From: Camelus ferus
Lineage: Eukaryota
Direction of reading: 5' to 3'
Length of the DNA stretch: 64,000 bases
Assembly (NCBI RefSeq): GCF_009834535.1
Contig: NC_045696.1
Coordinates: 26,228,001-26,292,000, forward strand
The notes below the pieces were generated by a model. The model made no database searches. It had not been told where the DNA came from and saw only the letters and a program-made list of their open reading frames with translations. The position numbers were made by a program, and so were the translations under genes. Each line of letters opens with the position of its first letter. Position 1 is the first letter of the stretch. Of this stretch, positions 27,347-40,434 are shown piece by piece.

Positions 27347-28044
27347 TTTTTTTTAAACCTCTGTAGAAACAAGTTAATTGAAGTAGATATAAAAGGTGAG
27401 AAAGACAAGTAGAAATAGAAAAATTAAAGTGGACCAGTAGGGTTTAACAATAATTCATCGATTCTCTCATTTTCAGTAGTTTAAGTAAAAATTTCATCAT
27501 AATGAGCAAATTATATAAATCTTAAATAATTTTTAAGTTTAAAAAACAATATCTGATACTAAAAGATGCTACCTCCCTTTATACATTAATGCCATTAATT
27601 TAGACTCTTCTAATGTGGAGTTCAAAATTCATTTGAGTGAATTAAAAATAATATCATGAAAAATTAGATCCCTGTGCTGATTTGCATTCTTGTGTTTAAT
27701 AGGCACTTTGCTTTATGCTCTTCTGGTGATTGTAAATGCTGAGGCAGCGCCATGGAAAATGCCAGATCAGCACACTAGTCACAGAAGTGAAGACGCCATT
27801 TACCTGGTTGCAATGTTAGTGTGACTGCCTAGCAGCCTGTGTGCACTTTTATGATTCTTGTATCTGAAGAGAAAATTGAGTTGGTGCAGAATAATATACG
27901 GAATTGGCGAGTTCTTGTGTTTGATACTTTACAACTTTTACTTCCCTGCTATACCCGTTATATCTTTTGGTGTTAAGACAATCTTCCCTAGAGATAGCTG
28001 CGAAAGCTAAGAAGGCATTTATAGCTAATACGTATCTTTCTGCT

Positions 28045-28125
28045 CTACAAGGTGATTATGTCTTGGTTATCTTTGCATCTTAAGCTGTTCCTGGCACAAA
28101 TTTTGCACATGGTGGGCATTTAGCA
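28045..28125 (+). mobile_element. L2 3'-terminal fragment
   Basis: attatgtcttggttatctttgcatc...cctggcaca...gcacatggtgggcattta. Confidence 0.55.
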
Positions 28126-29164
28126 CACTTTTTTTTTTTTTTTCAAATGTCTTTGCCATATCCTCCTAAGATAGAAGGATGACTCTGGAATCAATCTTTT
28201 CCAAACTGCTGTGTCAAAAACTAAACTAAAGAATTGAACTAAAGAATTATTTAAATAGAAATGCATTTCAAGTATGGATTTAAAAATTATTATCTTACTA
28301 TTTTCCTGTGAAACTTGCCTAAAGTGTTTCTTTGCATTTTTCTGACCTCCCCTCATTCAGTTGCTTTATCTTTATTACTGAAGCATGTGACACCACTTGG
28401 ACACTCACAGTGATTTGCACCTATTTTTCATGACTGTGTCAGCCTATCATTATATAATTATATGACTTTTTATAAAAGCATAGAAGGCTTAGAAAATAAT
28501 GTGCCCTCATTTTATGAATACTCAAGTACCCTTTGAATAAAACACTTTGCTCACTTTTAGGGAAATGATATGGGTCTTTTATGTAAATTACTATTTTTCA
28601 TTATTTACCAATTCCCAGGTGCCCCATATGTAGGGAAGTATATTCTCTGTGGCAGTCAGAATTGTGCAATCTAGAGGTTAAATGATTTAAAAAAAAAAAA
28701 CAGATTTCCTCAGATTAGATGCAATCAAATGCTATGCTGATATAAATAACTTTTTTATTACTTATTAAGCAAAAAAATCATTAAAATATATGGTAGTTAA
28801 GTAGATGAGGTTGTTTCATAACAGGATTTCTTTAACCTTACTAGGCTGTATGTCATTCAGATAAATTATTTTTTAAGGTCTAACTGGATTATCATGTCAT
28901 GTTAATATTCATGTTTATTGAGAAGCTACTATGTCTGATTCAATGACATTCTTATATAATAAATGGCCCTTTCATGCCACAAGCTTTCAAAATAATTGCA
29001 AAATGAAGATATGCATGCAACGTACAGAGCAGCAAATACCGTAAGTAAAAGTTTAAAGTAAATAATTGTTAAGGTTATACTAGGTCCAAACATATGAAAT
29101 TGTCCATTTTCAACTGTGTTTGACCTAATATAACTCCAAATGTACCATAATTTCACCTAATAGC

Positions 29165-29530
29165 CCACTCTACCTCAGCTCTGTGCCTGTCTTTATTGGT
29201 CCCTCTGCCTGGAAAGTCCTTCACGACTTTGTCTGAACACCTGCTTTTCATCTGTACAATCTCAGCTATAGCACTGTATGTTGAGTATCTTTCCTGAAAT
29301 TCACAGAATGAGTTAGACACTGCATTACTGATTACACACCTCTTACTTTTAAAACACTTCAGTGTGTGGATATAGCCGATGGTCCATAATTTCATATACC
29401 CCTACTCCACCCTGGTCCTTCCTGAAAAATAATTCCTCCAGGGTAATGTCATAACATATTTGTGTCCATAGAGCTTATTAACTTGATTGGTGTGTAGCAA
29501 GAGCTAAGAAAGTGCTGAATGAATGAGTGT
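29165..29530 (+). mobile_element. L2 3' fragment with (TGAA)n tail
   Basis: ggtccctctgcctggaaagtcc...tttgtgtccatagagc...gtgctgaatgaatgagtg. Confidence 0.65.
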
Positions 29531-29569
29531 ATTAATAGTTAAATGACAATGTATATTTTAACTGGGGGA

Positions 29570-29685
29570 GATCTTGTAGACCTTTTACTTCTGCCTCTCA
29601 TTTTACAAATGAGAAAACAGTCTCAGAAAAAAAAAAAGAGTTATTCATGGTTCTTTAAGAGCTGAGTTAGAGCTAAGATAGAACA
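29570..29685 (-). mobile_element. MIR fragment
   Basis: cctctcattttacaaatgagaaaacagtctcaga. Confidence 0.6.
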
Positions 29686-30434
29686 AGCAAGATATTAAAA
29701 TCATCTATAATATATTTATTTACTTGAATATCTGTGCCTCCTAATTGCCTATCTTATTCTATACCAGCTTGATTTTGCCTTCAATACCGGTATCTCTAAT
29801 ACTTGGGAAATAATTGGCACAGATATTTAAGCAAAAAAATATTAACTCTGGGATAACCCCAGGCAGCGATGATCAGTGGAAATTTTGTAGAACTAAATCT
29901 AATCTTGAAAGAGGGGCGGAACTTTGGTGGAGGAAATGGAAGAATGTGAGTGGAATGGTGTGAGTAAAACATTGAGGCAGGAAGGTCTAAAATATGCAGA
30001 GAAAATCTAGCAAAGAGAATATTATATTAGGCAGTGGTTATTCTTAAGTCATTAGAAAGTATACAGTTTTAGTCATGGGATAGGTTCTTGCACCCTTTCT
30101 GATTTTGATATAAAATAATATATGTGAAATTTTAGAGACTGTCCCATCTGGGTTGAAAAAATAATATCCATTTGTGTCCACATTAAAAGTTAGAACAGGG
30201 TTGAAAATGAATGATAACCTCATACTTTAAAACTTGGTTTACCCGTAAATGTATTCCTACATTGCTAAAACAACTGGTCTTCCCCACTTGGTAATAGAAA
30301 AGGTTTATTTTTTTCTTCTTTTGCTTTTTATTTATCCCCATCAAATTATTTCTATCAACTTTAGAAAATACTGAGGAGGTTTCTTAGAGAATTTAGTTTT
30401 CTTTTGTATATTTACTAGAAAGAAATATGAACAC

Positions 30435-30462
30435 TGTGTGTGTGTGTGTGTTTCTGTGTGTG
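30435..30462. repeat. (TG)n microsatellite, imperfect
   Basis: tgtgtgtgtgtgtgtgtttctgtgtgtg. Confidence 0.8.
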
Positions 30463-30794
30463 AAGTCATAAGAGGGGGGGCTAGGAGGGAGTTGGTGGAA
30501 AATAACACCCCGTTGACAGTGTAGTTCAGGGTTTGTCATCTTCTACCATGTACCCACCTTTCCACAACAGGACGTCATAGCCAATAAAAGGTTTCTTCCT
30601 GTGTGGCTCTAACATTCTCCTAAGAAAAGGCACCACAGGTAGCCTCTCTCAATTACTGTGAATTGGAACAAAATATATATTTATCAACTGGTTTAAGAAT
30701 ATTACTTTTGAAAATTATGTATATGTGTCAGCTTAACTCATACTCATGGCTGATATCGGAGTGAAGGGCAAATTGGTGAATGTTTCCTGTATTG

Positions 30795-31820
30795 AATCAT
30801 TTTAATTCTCGTAGTCATTTATTGAGTTCTCACTATGTATTCAGCAGTGTGCTAGCTGTCAGGGATGACGTGGCAAAAAAGATAGCCATGGTCTTTGCTC
30901 TTACAGAATTAGTGGAGAGACAGATTATCAACAATCAAATAACAAATTAATACATGCAGTACAAATCACTGAAAGTATTTTTAGGGAAGTAAATGGATAT
31001 GATAAAACATAGTTTGGGAAGGTGTCCTATTTTGGAGCAGTGGCCAGAGATGTTTTCTCTGAGGAGTTGACACATAAACTGAGACTTGAGGTGATAAACT
31101 AAAGCCAGGGAGAAAGTGCTAGGCTGGGAGGTGAAACCATATATGCAGTGGTCCTAAGGTGAGAACTTCGTGAGCTGAAGACCCTGTGGTGGACCAGTGA
31201 GAGTACTCATGAGTGAGGGATGCGGGAGGACATGGGATGTGAGGAAGAAGGGATGGTCAGGAGCAAAGTGTGCTAAGGACTAAGTTGTCATTCTTAGTGT
31301 GATGAGAAACTATGAAAGGTCAAATAGAGAAGTCCTTATTTTTCAAAGATCCCTGTGATTGTTGTATTGAGGAAGGACTGGAAAGGAGGAGGAGAGAAAT
31401 AGGAATGCCAGTTAGGAAGTCATTTAGTTGTTCAGATAAAAAGTAAAGATGGATTGGGCTAGAATGATAACAGTGGAACTAGACTGAAATGAACAGATTC
31501 TAGAAATACTTCGGGGAGAGAGCCGTGAGAACTTGATGTAGTGCTGGCTTTGTGGAGTAGAAGAATGAAACTCACAGGAGCACTCACAGGCTTCTAACTT
31601 CAGCAACAGAATGGATGGAGGAGCTATCAACAGATGGGGACCATTGTGGTGAGCAGGTTTGGGGGGCAGGTGAGGAGGAGAGTTCAGCTTTGCATGCATG
31701 CTGTGACACTTTGTACGATTTTGACATTTCGTGGTGTTTAGAAATCGAGAGTGAGAGTTAGAAGGGAGAAATGCATTTGAACATTGTGGTGAACATATAG
31801 ATAATTTAAGTTGCAGAATT
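30795..31820 (-). mobile_element. L2 LINE 3' portion
   Basis: catttattgagttctcactatgtattcagcagtgtgctag...catggtctttgctcttacaga...tctctgaggagttgaca...ctgagacttga...ccagttaggaag...gagttcagctttg. Confidence 0.85.
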
Positions 31821-32503
31821 CCTCTTGATCATAAGAGGAAAAAATCAAACCCTATTTGAATCTGTGTATAGTGTGCATATGTATATATAATGTAAATAAG
31901 CACATAAACACACCACGAGGGAGTGAAAAGAATAATTGCTGCTATTTGAATAGGAAGGGAGGAAGGAAGGAAAGGTTGGGGCGGGGGGAGTTTTGCTTAC
32001 CTGAAGAAAGCTGTGTTCAAGTCACCTTTAAAAATTCAAGTAATTTACTAATTCAGTTAATTTTTCTTCCAACAAAGCTGTATATGAATGTAAAAAGAAA
32101 CTAATAAAAATAGGAATAAGATCGACTCAGCTTCCAAAAGTTCATACAGGTTAAGGATTTTCATTGAAAATCTGCCAAACATTTGAACTCTGTCCACTCG
32201 TAAGAATCTGCTCCTTTCATTATGTACTAACAATGAGCTAAACATTTTAATTTAACCCTGAGCTAAAACCTCTGGAAATGCCATTGCTACAAGGAAAGTG
32301 GCCCAAATTACTGAATAGGTCATACTGAATGTGAGGAATAGGTGAGTCCAGCTTATAGGTGTGTATAGGATTTGGAACCATGAAAGTCTCTGGATTTGGG
32401 ATTAGCCAGACAGTGGCTGCCTTCTGCCACTCTTAGTGAAGCTGTATCTCACAGAAACATTGCCAGACGATAGATGTTTCCTATAAAAAGACAGGGTCAA
32501 GTT

Positions 32504-32725
32504 AATAATAAAAATAGCTAATATATGTTGTATTTATAATGTGCTGGGCAGTGTTGTAACACTCGACCAATTATGTCTTTTAATTCTCACAAGATCCCTG
32601 AGATGGGTGCAATTATTATCTACATTTTATAAGTGAAGAAACTGAGGTGAGCTTACACAGTTAGCTTAAATTCATGCAGCTCATAAGTGGTAGAGCTAGG
32701 ATTTGAACTCCTGTGAGCGGGACTA
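32504..32725 (-). mobile_element. MIR SINE, near full-length
   Basis: aataataaaaatagctaatat...tgtgctgggcagtgttgtaa...taattctcacaagatccctgagatgggtgcaattattatctacattttataagtgaagaaactgagg...taagtggtagagctaggatttgaactc. Confidence 0.92.
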
Positions 32726-34389
32726 AATGTTATTGTTTGGGATAAGCGCATGGGGAGCGAAAGGTTCCAATCCCAGGATAAAGAAAAGCTAGCTATTGCC
32801 TTGAGTGGATGGCCTGCTGGCTCCCGCTGGCAACAAGGGAAAGACAAGGAAATAACAGCAAGTTGTTAATTCATAAACCATAATTTTCCCAACTGCAAGG
32901 TTTGCAGTTTCTGCACCTGGTACGTTGCTGACTCATCTCACCTGAATCATTTAGTCAGCTTCATTGTGTTTGCAAGGGCTGCTAATTACCTCACTGGAAT
33001 AATTTAAACTATCAATAAAGAATGCAATAAATCATTAAAGATAATGGTTAATAAGGAGAAATAATTTTGACTATTCAGCTTGCATTGATCCTTGATATAA
33101 AAAGAGTAATTTTACATTCTATTTTTAAGTTACAGGCAGCCATGAGCCATTTCTTCTGGCAGAGTTGAGCTGGGCTGGTTTTTCATTAAATACTTGGCAT
33201 TTATCTTATCATTGAAATCTTTACTGTGATATCTCATTCCAGGAATAGGAAAACATTGTGTTACCAAGAAAGCACAATAAGACGAATGTTACCTTTTTAA
33301 TAAGAAATCATTGCAGCTTAGCCTTGAAGCACATGCAGTTTTAGTCCTCTAACTGAAATTCTCATCCTTTTCAATCTACCCAAGTACACATACTTCTTAT
33401 CCCTGTTAATTTAGAAGACTGATCTCTTTTTCTCTTAGATCCATAGGAAGTGTGTGATTTTACTTGTTTCTGAAATTTAATGGATACATAGTATGAAACT
33501 GATCTGATCTGTAAGACCTGATGATGGAAATATTTTATGTTTCAGGCATTCATATCAAAGCTTAAGTAATATTTTAATGTCCATGTGAACATTTTCAGAA
33601 CAGTCCTTATTTTTCCATGGTGTTTATTTTTATGTTTTTGCTATGACTGGATAAAATTGTATAACAAGAAATACTTACACTTGTCCATTGCACCCTAGGA
33701 TCATATAGCATAATGCATATATGCATGACATCAAGAAATTTTAATGCAGAGATTTTTATTTTAACAGTATAATAAGAAAAATGTATATCTGTAGAAGAGA
33801 CAGTCAGAACCATTATAGAATTTTGACTTACTTTTAGAATGGAACCAAGCAAATAATGAATGCTAATCTAAAGTTATATCAGCAAAGCATTTTTTAATCT
33901 ATGAGAATGCTTTATTTTGCCTAATCTTAAAATATGAGAAACATATATGACAACAGAGCAAATTTTTGAATCCTATCCTATCATGAACCAAATCAGCTGT
34001 TTAAACCCAAAGTATGAATTTAAAATTATCCTCAACTACTCTTGCATGTGGGAGAATGAAAGGTCACAAATGCAATCTCTTTCCTGTATTAATTTCTCCA
34101 TTCAATGATTTTTTGGAACAGGCCAGACCTACATTTTATTACCATCCCATAAATGTACCTAACTTATTTTTTTTTAGGCTTTTCCACATATGTTGAAGCA
34201 ATCACCGTGGCCCAACTGGTCAGAAAGCAGAGAATAGGCATAAATAGTAGTGAACTAGTGTTTCCTCCCAACCCCACACTTGATGGAAAATTCTTCCATT
34301 ATGTAATCAATCAATTAATAAAATCTTACTTTGCTGGTGTCTGAGGGGAATCCAGTGAAGTACAGAGAACCAAGGACATTACTGTCTTG

Positions 34390-34800
34390 TTCTGTTCATG
34401 CATCTTTTGGTTGCAAGTAATAAAAAAAACAGCTAAAAATTGCTCATGTAAAAAAACTGGTTTATTGGCACAGATGCTCCCATTAGTTCATGAAATTCAA
34501 GGACAGAAAGTGAAGCTGAAAGTAGCAAGGTTGTAGTCTTCTGTAAGAAACAGATTTGTCTCTGTGCTCTGTTTCTGTCTGCATGTTGGTGCCTTTCTGC
34601 TCTCTCTGTTTACACATCTTACCTGTGGTTTGAAATAGCCTCATCCAAATTGCAAAATCATGGCCTCTTAGCTCCAGTGCCCACTTACTATAAGTTTGGG
34701 GAGAGAGAGAGAGAATGTGGATTAACATGGCAGAACTTATGCATGAGAGCTTGCCCTGGTCTGCTGTGACTATGACCATGGGGTTAGATCAAGTGGGTCT
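34390..34800 (-). mobile_element. Old MaLR LTR (MLT1J/K/L-like)
   Basis: tttggttgcaagtaataaaaaaaacagctaaaaattgctc...aaaaaaactggtttattggcaca resembles the reverse MLT1K/L terminus. Confidence 0.6.
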
Positions 34801-34919
34801 ATTAGTGGAACAGAGAACAATAAACGTATTTCATATAATCCAATTCCTATGCCTGAAAACATGGTGGCATCGAAACTGAATGATACCTAGAAATCCAAGC
34901 CAACATTGATTAGCAGTTC

Positions 34920-35260
34920 TGAATAAATTCTGTGGAGAAGGAAGGACTTGAACAGATTCTTGAAGGTTGAGCAGAAATTGACTGGTGGGGAGGAAGACAG
35001 ATCAATTCAGTCTGAAAAAGTAGCAGGAGCAAAGGCTAAAGATTGAAACTTGTAGGAGAGCTTTGCTGAATGGTGACTAGAACAGTGACGGGAGCTGGAG
35101 ATCTACATGAATGTATTGTGGAAGCTTGGAAATGAAGGTTTTATGGAAAGCCGTCAGTAATAAGCTGTGAAGTTTTTACCATCCCGGAGGGCATCTTTGA
35201 AGTTTTGTTACTGTTACTGCTTTTGTATATGTGTGTGTATGTTAGCAGGGAGTGGCTATT
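34920..35260 (-). mobile_element. L2 fragment (continues at about 35750-35920 after the MER63 insertion)
   Basis: ttctgtggagaaggaaggacttgaacagattcttgaaggttgagcagaaattg...agcaggagcaaaggc. Confidence 0.55.
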
Positions 35261-35263
35261 AAT

Positions 35264-35744
35264 CAGACATATGCTGGTAAATACTTAATAGATAATTCTC
35301 CAAAATAAAAAATGTGTGTATGTAAGTATTTATTTATCATAAATTAAATGATGCAGAGGATGTGCAACACAATTTACAAATAATAAAATATATAATACCT
35401 TTTATTACAAATATCATATCTCGGAGTGCTTTCATTGATTTTTGTGAAATACTTGTAATCTGCAGTCAATCTTTGATTGCAGTTCAACCATGATTCGCCA
35501 AATGGAGTTGAATCCCAGTCTGCTAATTCTTTTCCCAATAAGTGTATTGTCATTGGCTCTAATATGTAATCTACTGTTAAACAATTTCTCACTCCCGCAT
35601 AAATTATATTCTTCAAACTGAAAACTTTTTTAGCTTCAGTACCAATTGTAAATGTACGTAATTTATCAACAGACTCACAAAATACCTGAAAATTTAGTGA
35701 TCAGCTCTTATAGCCCAGCATGAGTTGGCTTTAGCAAGCAATTG
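35264..35744. mobile_element. MER63-like hAT-Blackjack DNA transposon
   Basis: Termini cagacatatgctggtaaatacttaa and aaatttagtgatcagctcttatagcccagcatgagttggctttagcaagcaattg resemble MER63 ends (recalled consensus cagtggtgtgctggtaaatg...ggctccagcacaccactg). Confidence 0.75.
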
Positions 35745-36144
35745 CTTAGTGTACGAAATGTGATGATGATCTCAGTGTCAGTGAGAAGGAAATTTGCATA
35801 TGGGAAAATCTGCAAAATACTCAATGGAATTTGATTGGACATGGTAGCAAGATGAAATTAAAGATTTCAAGAATTGTTGCTTGGGTGAGGAGTTAAGATG
35901 ATACCATAACAGAAAAGCAATATAAAAATCTACTCATTCAACAAATATCTATGGAAGAGCAAGCACTAATGTAGAAAAGCTAAATGTTCTACAGGCTATT
36001 CAGGATAATTTTCTAATTAATTGTTGAAGTCACCTGCAGTTCAAAAATGGATGTAAATAATTATTGATTTCTGTTAAATTAAGCTTCTTTTTTCAGCTTT
36101 TGGTGATTACCTTATTTGCATATTCGTCCTGAAATGGTACCCTC

Positions 36145-36252
36145 CCTGGACTTGAGCCTTCCCAAAGCAGAATCTGTCTTACTTTCATCCTGTGTTACCA
36201 GCATCTAGCTCAGATTTGGCTCATACTATTCAATAAATGTGGGTTGAGTAAA
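36145..36252 (+). mobile_element. L2 3'-terminal fragment
   Basis: ctggacttgagccttcccaaagcagaatctgtctt...ccagcatctagctcagatttggctcata..ttcaataaatgtgggttgagtaaa. Confidence 0.7.
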
Positions 36253-36521
36253 GAAATAATCTATAAATGGCTCCATAAAAGAAGAAGGCTAGTCAGTGAT
36301 GAAAAGGGGCAGGCTAGTTGGCTTTAGTCCTTAGCCTAGCCCAGAGGAGATGTTGATGCTAAATCTAGAAAGGCTGTGTTTTGTTTCTGTCAAATCCAAG
36401 GGAAGTCCATCAGTCTACAAGGAAGTCTTAGAGGAGATTCAGTAATGACAGTGGTGGTTTGAGGCTGATGTTTCGCTTTCTCCAGAGTGAACAGCAGTAA
36501 TTGGGTGTAGAGACACCTTTC

Positions 36522-36735
36522 TTTTTTTTTTTTTTAACATTTTTTTTATTTAGTTATAGTCATTTTACAATATTGTGTCAAATTCCAGTGCAGAGCACAA
36601 TTTTTTAGTTATACATGAACATACATGTATTCATTGTCACATTTTTTTCGCTGTGAGCTACCATAAAGTCTTGTATATATTTCCCTGTGCTATACAGTAT
36701 AATCTTGTTTATCTATTCTACATTTTGCATTCCCA
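36522..36735 (-). mobile_element. Young 5'-truncated camelid-type L1 3' end with TSD
   Basis: Poly-T tail, then ttatagtcattttacaatattgtgtcaaattccagtg...ttccctgtgctatacagtataatcttg. 15-bp TSD gtagagacacctttc (36507-36521) / gtagagatacctttc (36736-36750). Confidence 0.93.
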
Positions 36736-37134
36736 GTAGAGATACCTTTCAACTCTAAACCTGGGAACTAAGAATAAGGATTAAGAGGCTTGTGCTGGAC
36801 ATTGTCATAGCTACAAATATTTAGTAAAACTAAACAGAATGACTCTGTCTGCAGCATACATTCTATGTACAATATGCTTCCTACTTCTTTAGCAATTTGG
36901 AATAAAATCTTTGGAATTTGTTTTGACTCTCTTGTGTTTGCTAATGTATATAGGCAGAATAAGCACAAAGCGGGGATTATAAAACAAACAAAAAAACTAC
37001 TTGTGTATTCAGGCTAGATCAGTGCGTTTACAGAATTTTATAGGAAATGTAAGGAATGACATTTTATATACAGGCTTTTTTCCCCTTTTAGTCTTGTATA
37101 AATAAAAGTAATTCTGTTTGAGGAATGCAAAATA

Positions 37135-37300
37135 CCCTCTGTGAATTGATGGTGTTCCCAAAATTCATTTGTAAATAATCATTTGTAGTGTGATAGTTTT
37201 GCATAGAAACAATATTAGATGTAGTTTTTAGTTGCTCCCACACTAGTCTGCAAAACCTGATTTAGCTCAGTGCCTGAAATCTATGAAGGCATTAATGGTA
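37135..37300. mobile_element. Possible ancient Tigger-type DNA transposon fragment
   Basis: gttcccaaaattcatttgtaaat...gcatagaaacaatattagatgtag...gctcccacactagtctgcaaaacctgattta resembles old TcMar-Tigger MITEs (recollection only). Confidence 0.35.
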
Positions 37301-37308
37301 TTATAAGC

Positions 37309-37514
37309 CAGGGGTTGGCAAATTATGGTCTGTGGGCCAAGTCCAGTCTTCCTCCCAATTTCTTAAATATAATTTTATCAGAACACAGCCACGCTCATTT
37401 ACTAGCATATTGCCTATGGTTGTTTTAGGGTCATCATGCAAAGCTGAGTAGTTGCAGCAGAGACCTTTAGGCCTGAAAAGCCAAACTTTTCAGAGAAAAA
37501 ATTGCCTACCCACG
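37309..37514. mobile_element. MER58A hAT-Charlie MITE, near full-length
   Basis: caggggttggcaaattatggtctgtgggccaagtcc...gaacacagccacgctcattt...gagtagttgcagcagagacc...aaattgcctacccacg, with terminal inverted repeats visible. Confidence 0.92.
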
Positions 37515-37530
37515 GATAGTCTTTAATTAG

Positions 37531-37670
37531 TGTTTTTTTCCCTTCTGGTTTTATTGAAATATAATTGATATACTGCACTGTACAAGTTTAAGCTGTACAG
37601 CCTAATGGTTTGACTTGCATACATCATGAAATGATTACCAGAGTAAGTTTAGTGAGCATCCGTCATGTTC
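37531..37670 (-). mobile_element. L1MA-like 3' end with TSD
   Basis: ttttattgaaatataattgatatactgcactgtacaagtttaag...gaaatgattaccagagtaagtttagtgagcatcc. 13-bp TSD agtctttaattag (37518-37530) / agtcattaattag (37671-37683). Confidence 0.88.
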
Positions 37671-38569
37671 AGTCATTAATTAGCTTTTAACACCACGAGG
37701 AAGAGGGAATTGTGGGAAATTTCATTCTGAGTTTTGACTCTGAAGATCAGGAATGGATCATCCTCTACTGGAGCAGTACATTGACTTATGTGCCTAGAGC
37801 CTTCCTCTGGTATTTTCCTGCCTCACCAGTCAGTGACCGTTACAGCTTTAAGTGGCAGGAACTGATTCACAAGATCTGAGGAGAGGCCTCCAGCAGAACA
37901 TAGGCTAGAGATGTAAGAGGGTGGGCCTGGATTATTTTGTTGTTTTGAGCCCACTGGAGAAGTGAGGACATGTGGCTTGCCTCGGGGACACTGCCTGCCA
38001 CTGGGGGCTAGTGATGAAGGAATCTTTTGCAGGGTTGAATCCCCTCTGCTTCCTACCTTCCTTCTCACTACCACTGCTCCCACCTGGCCTCTCAGCATCT
38101 CAGATTCTGTTCAGAGTAGGTCTTCCAGTGAGGTATCAAACACACATAAGTTGAAAGTTAAAAGATTTTCTGTTGGACAGGAGCCAATAGAGCAAGAATG
38201 AGAGAGAGAAAGAAGGTATTAAAAGCAGCTCCGAGGAGGAAAGGGGTTTGGGGGGTCCTGGATCACTGGGGTATCTCGGTTTATTAGCTGGGAAAGATGA
38301 ACATAAACTAGGTAGTGCGTATCCTCTATTATACTTTCCTAAACTGCTCTGTTTTATGCTCTGTTATTCTTTGTCATACTGGCAGTGTCACTGCTAAGTG
38401 ACACTTAGGCAGTGGTCCTGTGGGCGAGGTAGGGTGCTTGGCATGCTCTCACTCAGAGGATTTTCCTTCTCGCTCTCTGGCAACTGCTCCTCCTTCTTAG
38501 ATGTAATTCTCATCATATAACTTTTAAGAAACTGAGTTCCTCTAGACATAGTTGTGTGTGCACTTAAAC

Positions 38570-39535
38570 CTTTCATTCTGTGTGTCTCCCTAGGCAATCA
38601 CCTCTACTCCATGGCTTCTGTGAGCTGATATCTCAAATATACAACTCTCACCTGGACCTACCTGCCTGAGCGTCAGCTCTAGATATCCAAATACCTACTT
38701 GGAAGCATTTCCTTTTGGCTTACTGTTGGGTTTGGTTTGGGTTGGTTGGTTTGTTATCCTACTCTTCCATCATAGCCTATCTCAGTGAATGTCTCCACCG
38801 TTATGAAATTTCTCAGTTCGGAAATTCCTATGTCTATCTTGCCCCTTTTCTTTTCCTTATGCTCCTTATTCGGTCATCAGGTGTAGTGGATTTCCTCTCT
38901 TAAATATCATTGCAAATCCATCTCTTTTTCCTAATCGTACTGCCACCATCCTAGTCAAAGCAGCGGCATTTCTCCCCAGGAATATGAAACAGCTTGTTAT
39001 ATGGTCTGCCTGAGGCCACCCTTAGCCCTAATCATGTTGCTCTGTTACTTGAAACTCTTCAATGACCTTCTTTTGCTTTTTGGAAAAATCCAGCATCCTT
39101 AATGTTGCATACAAGGTCCTGCAGGATCCTTACACAGCCCTTTTCATTTCCTCCCACATGCCATTCTTCTTCCTATGTTTGACTATGTTGTTCCCTCTGC
39201 TGAAAGACCTCCTCTTTGCTATCTTTCACCAAACAATGCCTGGACATCTTTCTTGGCAAAACTTAAATCATAGCCTCTATGGAAATCTTTCAAGAATGAT
39301 CAGACAAGTTGAGACTCCAAATTTCCCATATGCGGCTATAATCACAATTTTAGTTAAGTAAATTACTACATAAGTATGTTAAATTGGTCAGCCTTACTAA
39401 AATGTAATCTCTCAGAGGGAGGATAAGGGTTATGTACTCCTGTTTAGGGCTGTGTTTCCATCTCCTAATACAACAACTCTGTAAATATTGCAAGAAATTA
39501 ACCTACTGACCAACAGGTTGACTGAATGAGCTCAT
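38570..39535 (+). mobile_element. L2 LINE 3' portion
   Basis: ctccctaggcaatcacctctactccatggcttc...atatccaaatacctacttgga...tactgccaccatcctagtcaaagc...ttgaaactcttcaatgacc...gttccctctgctgaaa...tgactgaatgag. Confidence 0.85.
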
Positions 39536-40255
39536 TGAACACATACAGTCTAATAAGATATTAATTTTTATCACCATTCATGATAACTAAGGAAAGCTGA
39601 GTTTCAAACCTAGGCTGAGACCCTCAAACTGTGTACTGCAAAATGCTGCAAAAAAGGTTTAGGGTTTATTTGCTCTTCCCCATGTTCCCCACTGCCATGT
39701 ATAATGAAAAGTTGATGAGGTCCAGCTACTTATTGGATCCTAGGTAAAGCAGGAGCAAATCAATATGGAACAGTGTTTTTGTTGTTAAGGGTCAAATTGG
39801 ATAAATTGTATACCTTATTACTTTTACAAAGATAATGGCTTCACTGGATATCACTCTTTTATTTTAAGGCCACTTAGTCTGAGTATTTTTATTTTTAATG
39901 CACTCACGTATAAAATGAAGAAATAGTCTAATAATGAATACTTGATTTCCAAATCATAAAATCAATTTTAATATGCTTGGAAGATTTAATATTTTCTTAG
40001 TGCAGTGAGATTGATGAAGTCCTGTTAATGAATATATTGATGAAATTGAAGGAAAATGGGCTCGATGGTCTTTTGTTACCAGTCAGATGAACCCTCAGTG
40101 CAAACCAAAAATGAGGTAAAGAAGAGGCATTAAAGCAACTGTGTAGTGTAAAAAAAGTTAATTCTAAACGTTCTTTTTAAAAAATTTCATAAGTCTGCCT
40201 TTTTTACATAGATAACAAAATAAAGCTAACTCAAAAAATTCATTTAAAATTGATA

Positions 40256-40434
40256 CTTACTGTATAGCACAGGGAACTATATTCAATATCTTGTAGTAAC
40301 TTATGGTGAAAAAAATATGAAAACAAACATATGTTTGTTTCTATACGACTGAAGCATTGTGCTATACACCGGAAATTGACACAACATTGTAAACTGACTG
40401 TACTTCAATAAAAATGTATTACAAAAATAAAATT
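40256..40434 (+). mobile_element. 5'-truncated camelid-type L1 3' end
   Basis: ctgtatagcacagggaactatattcaatatcttgtagtaac...attgacacaacattgtaaactgactgtacttcaataaaaa. Short TSD aattgata (40248-40255 / 40435-40442). Confidence 0.92.

Noticed and set aside
27745..27780. Strong Kozak gccATGG on the + strand
   Set aside because: The ORF is only 8 codons (MENARSAH*) and there is no convincing downstream donor
33517..33546. cctgatgatg...tcagg short inverted repeat resembling a C/D snoRNA
   Set aside because: Too short, and no box D (CTGA) in the proper position
37995..38012. ccactgggggcta as a CTCF site
   Set aside because: One base short of the core spacing and lacks the conserved AG
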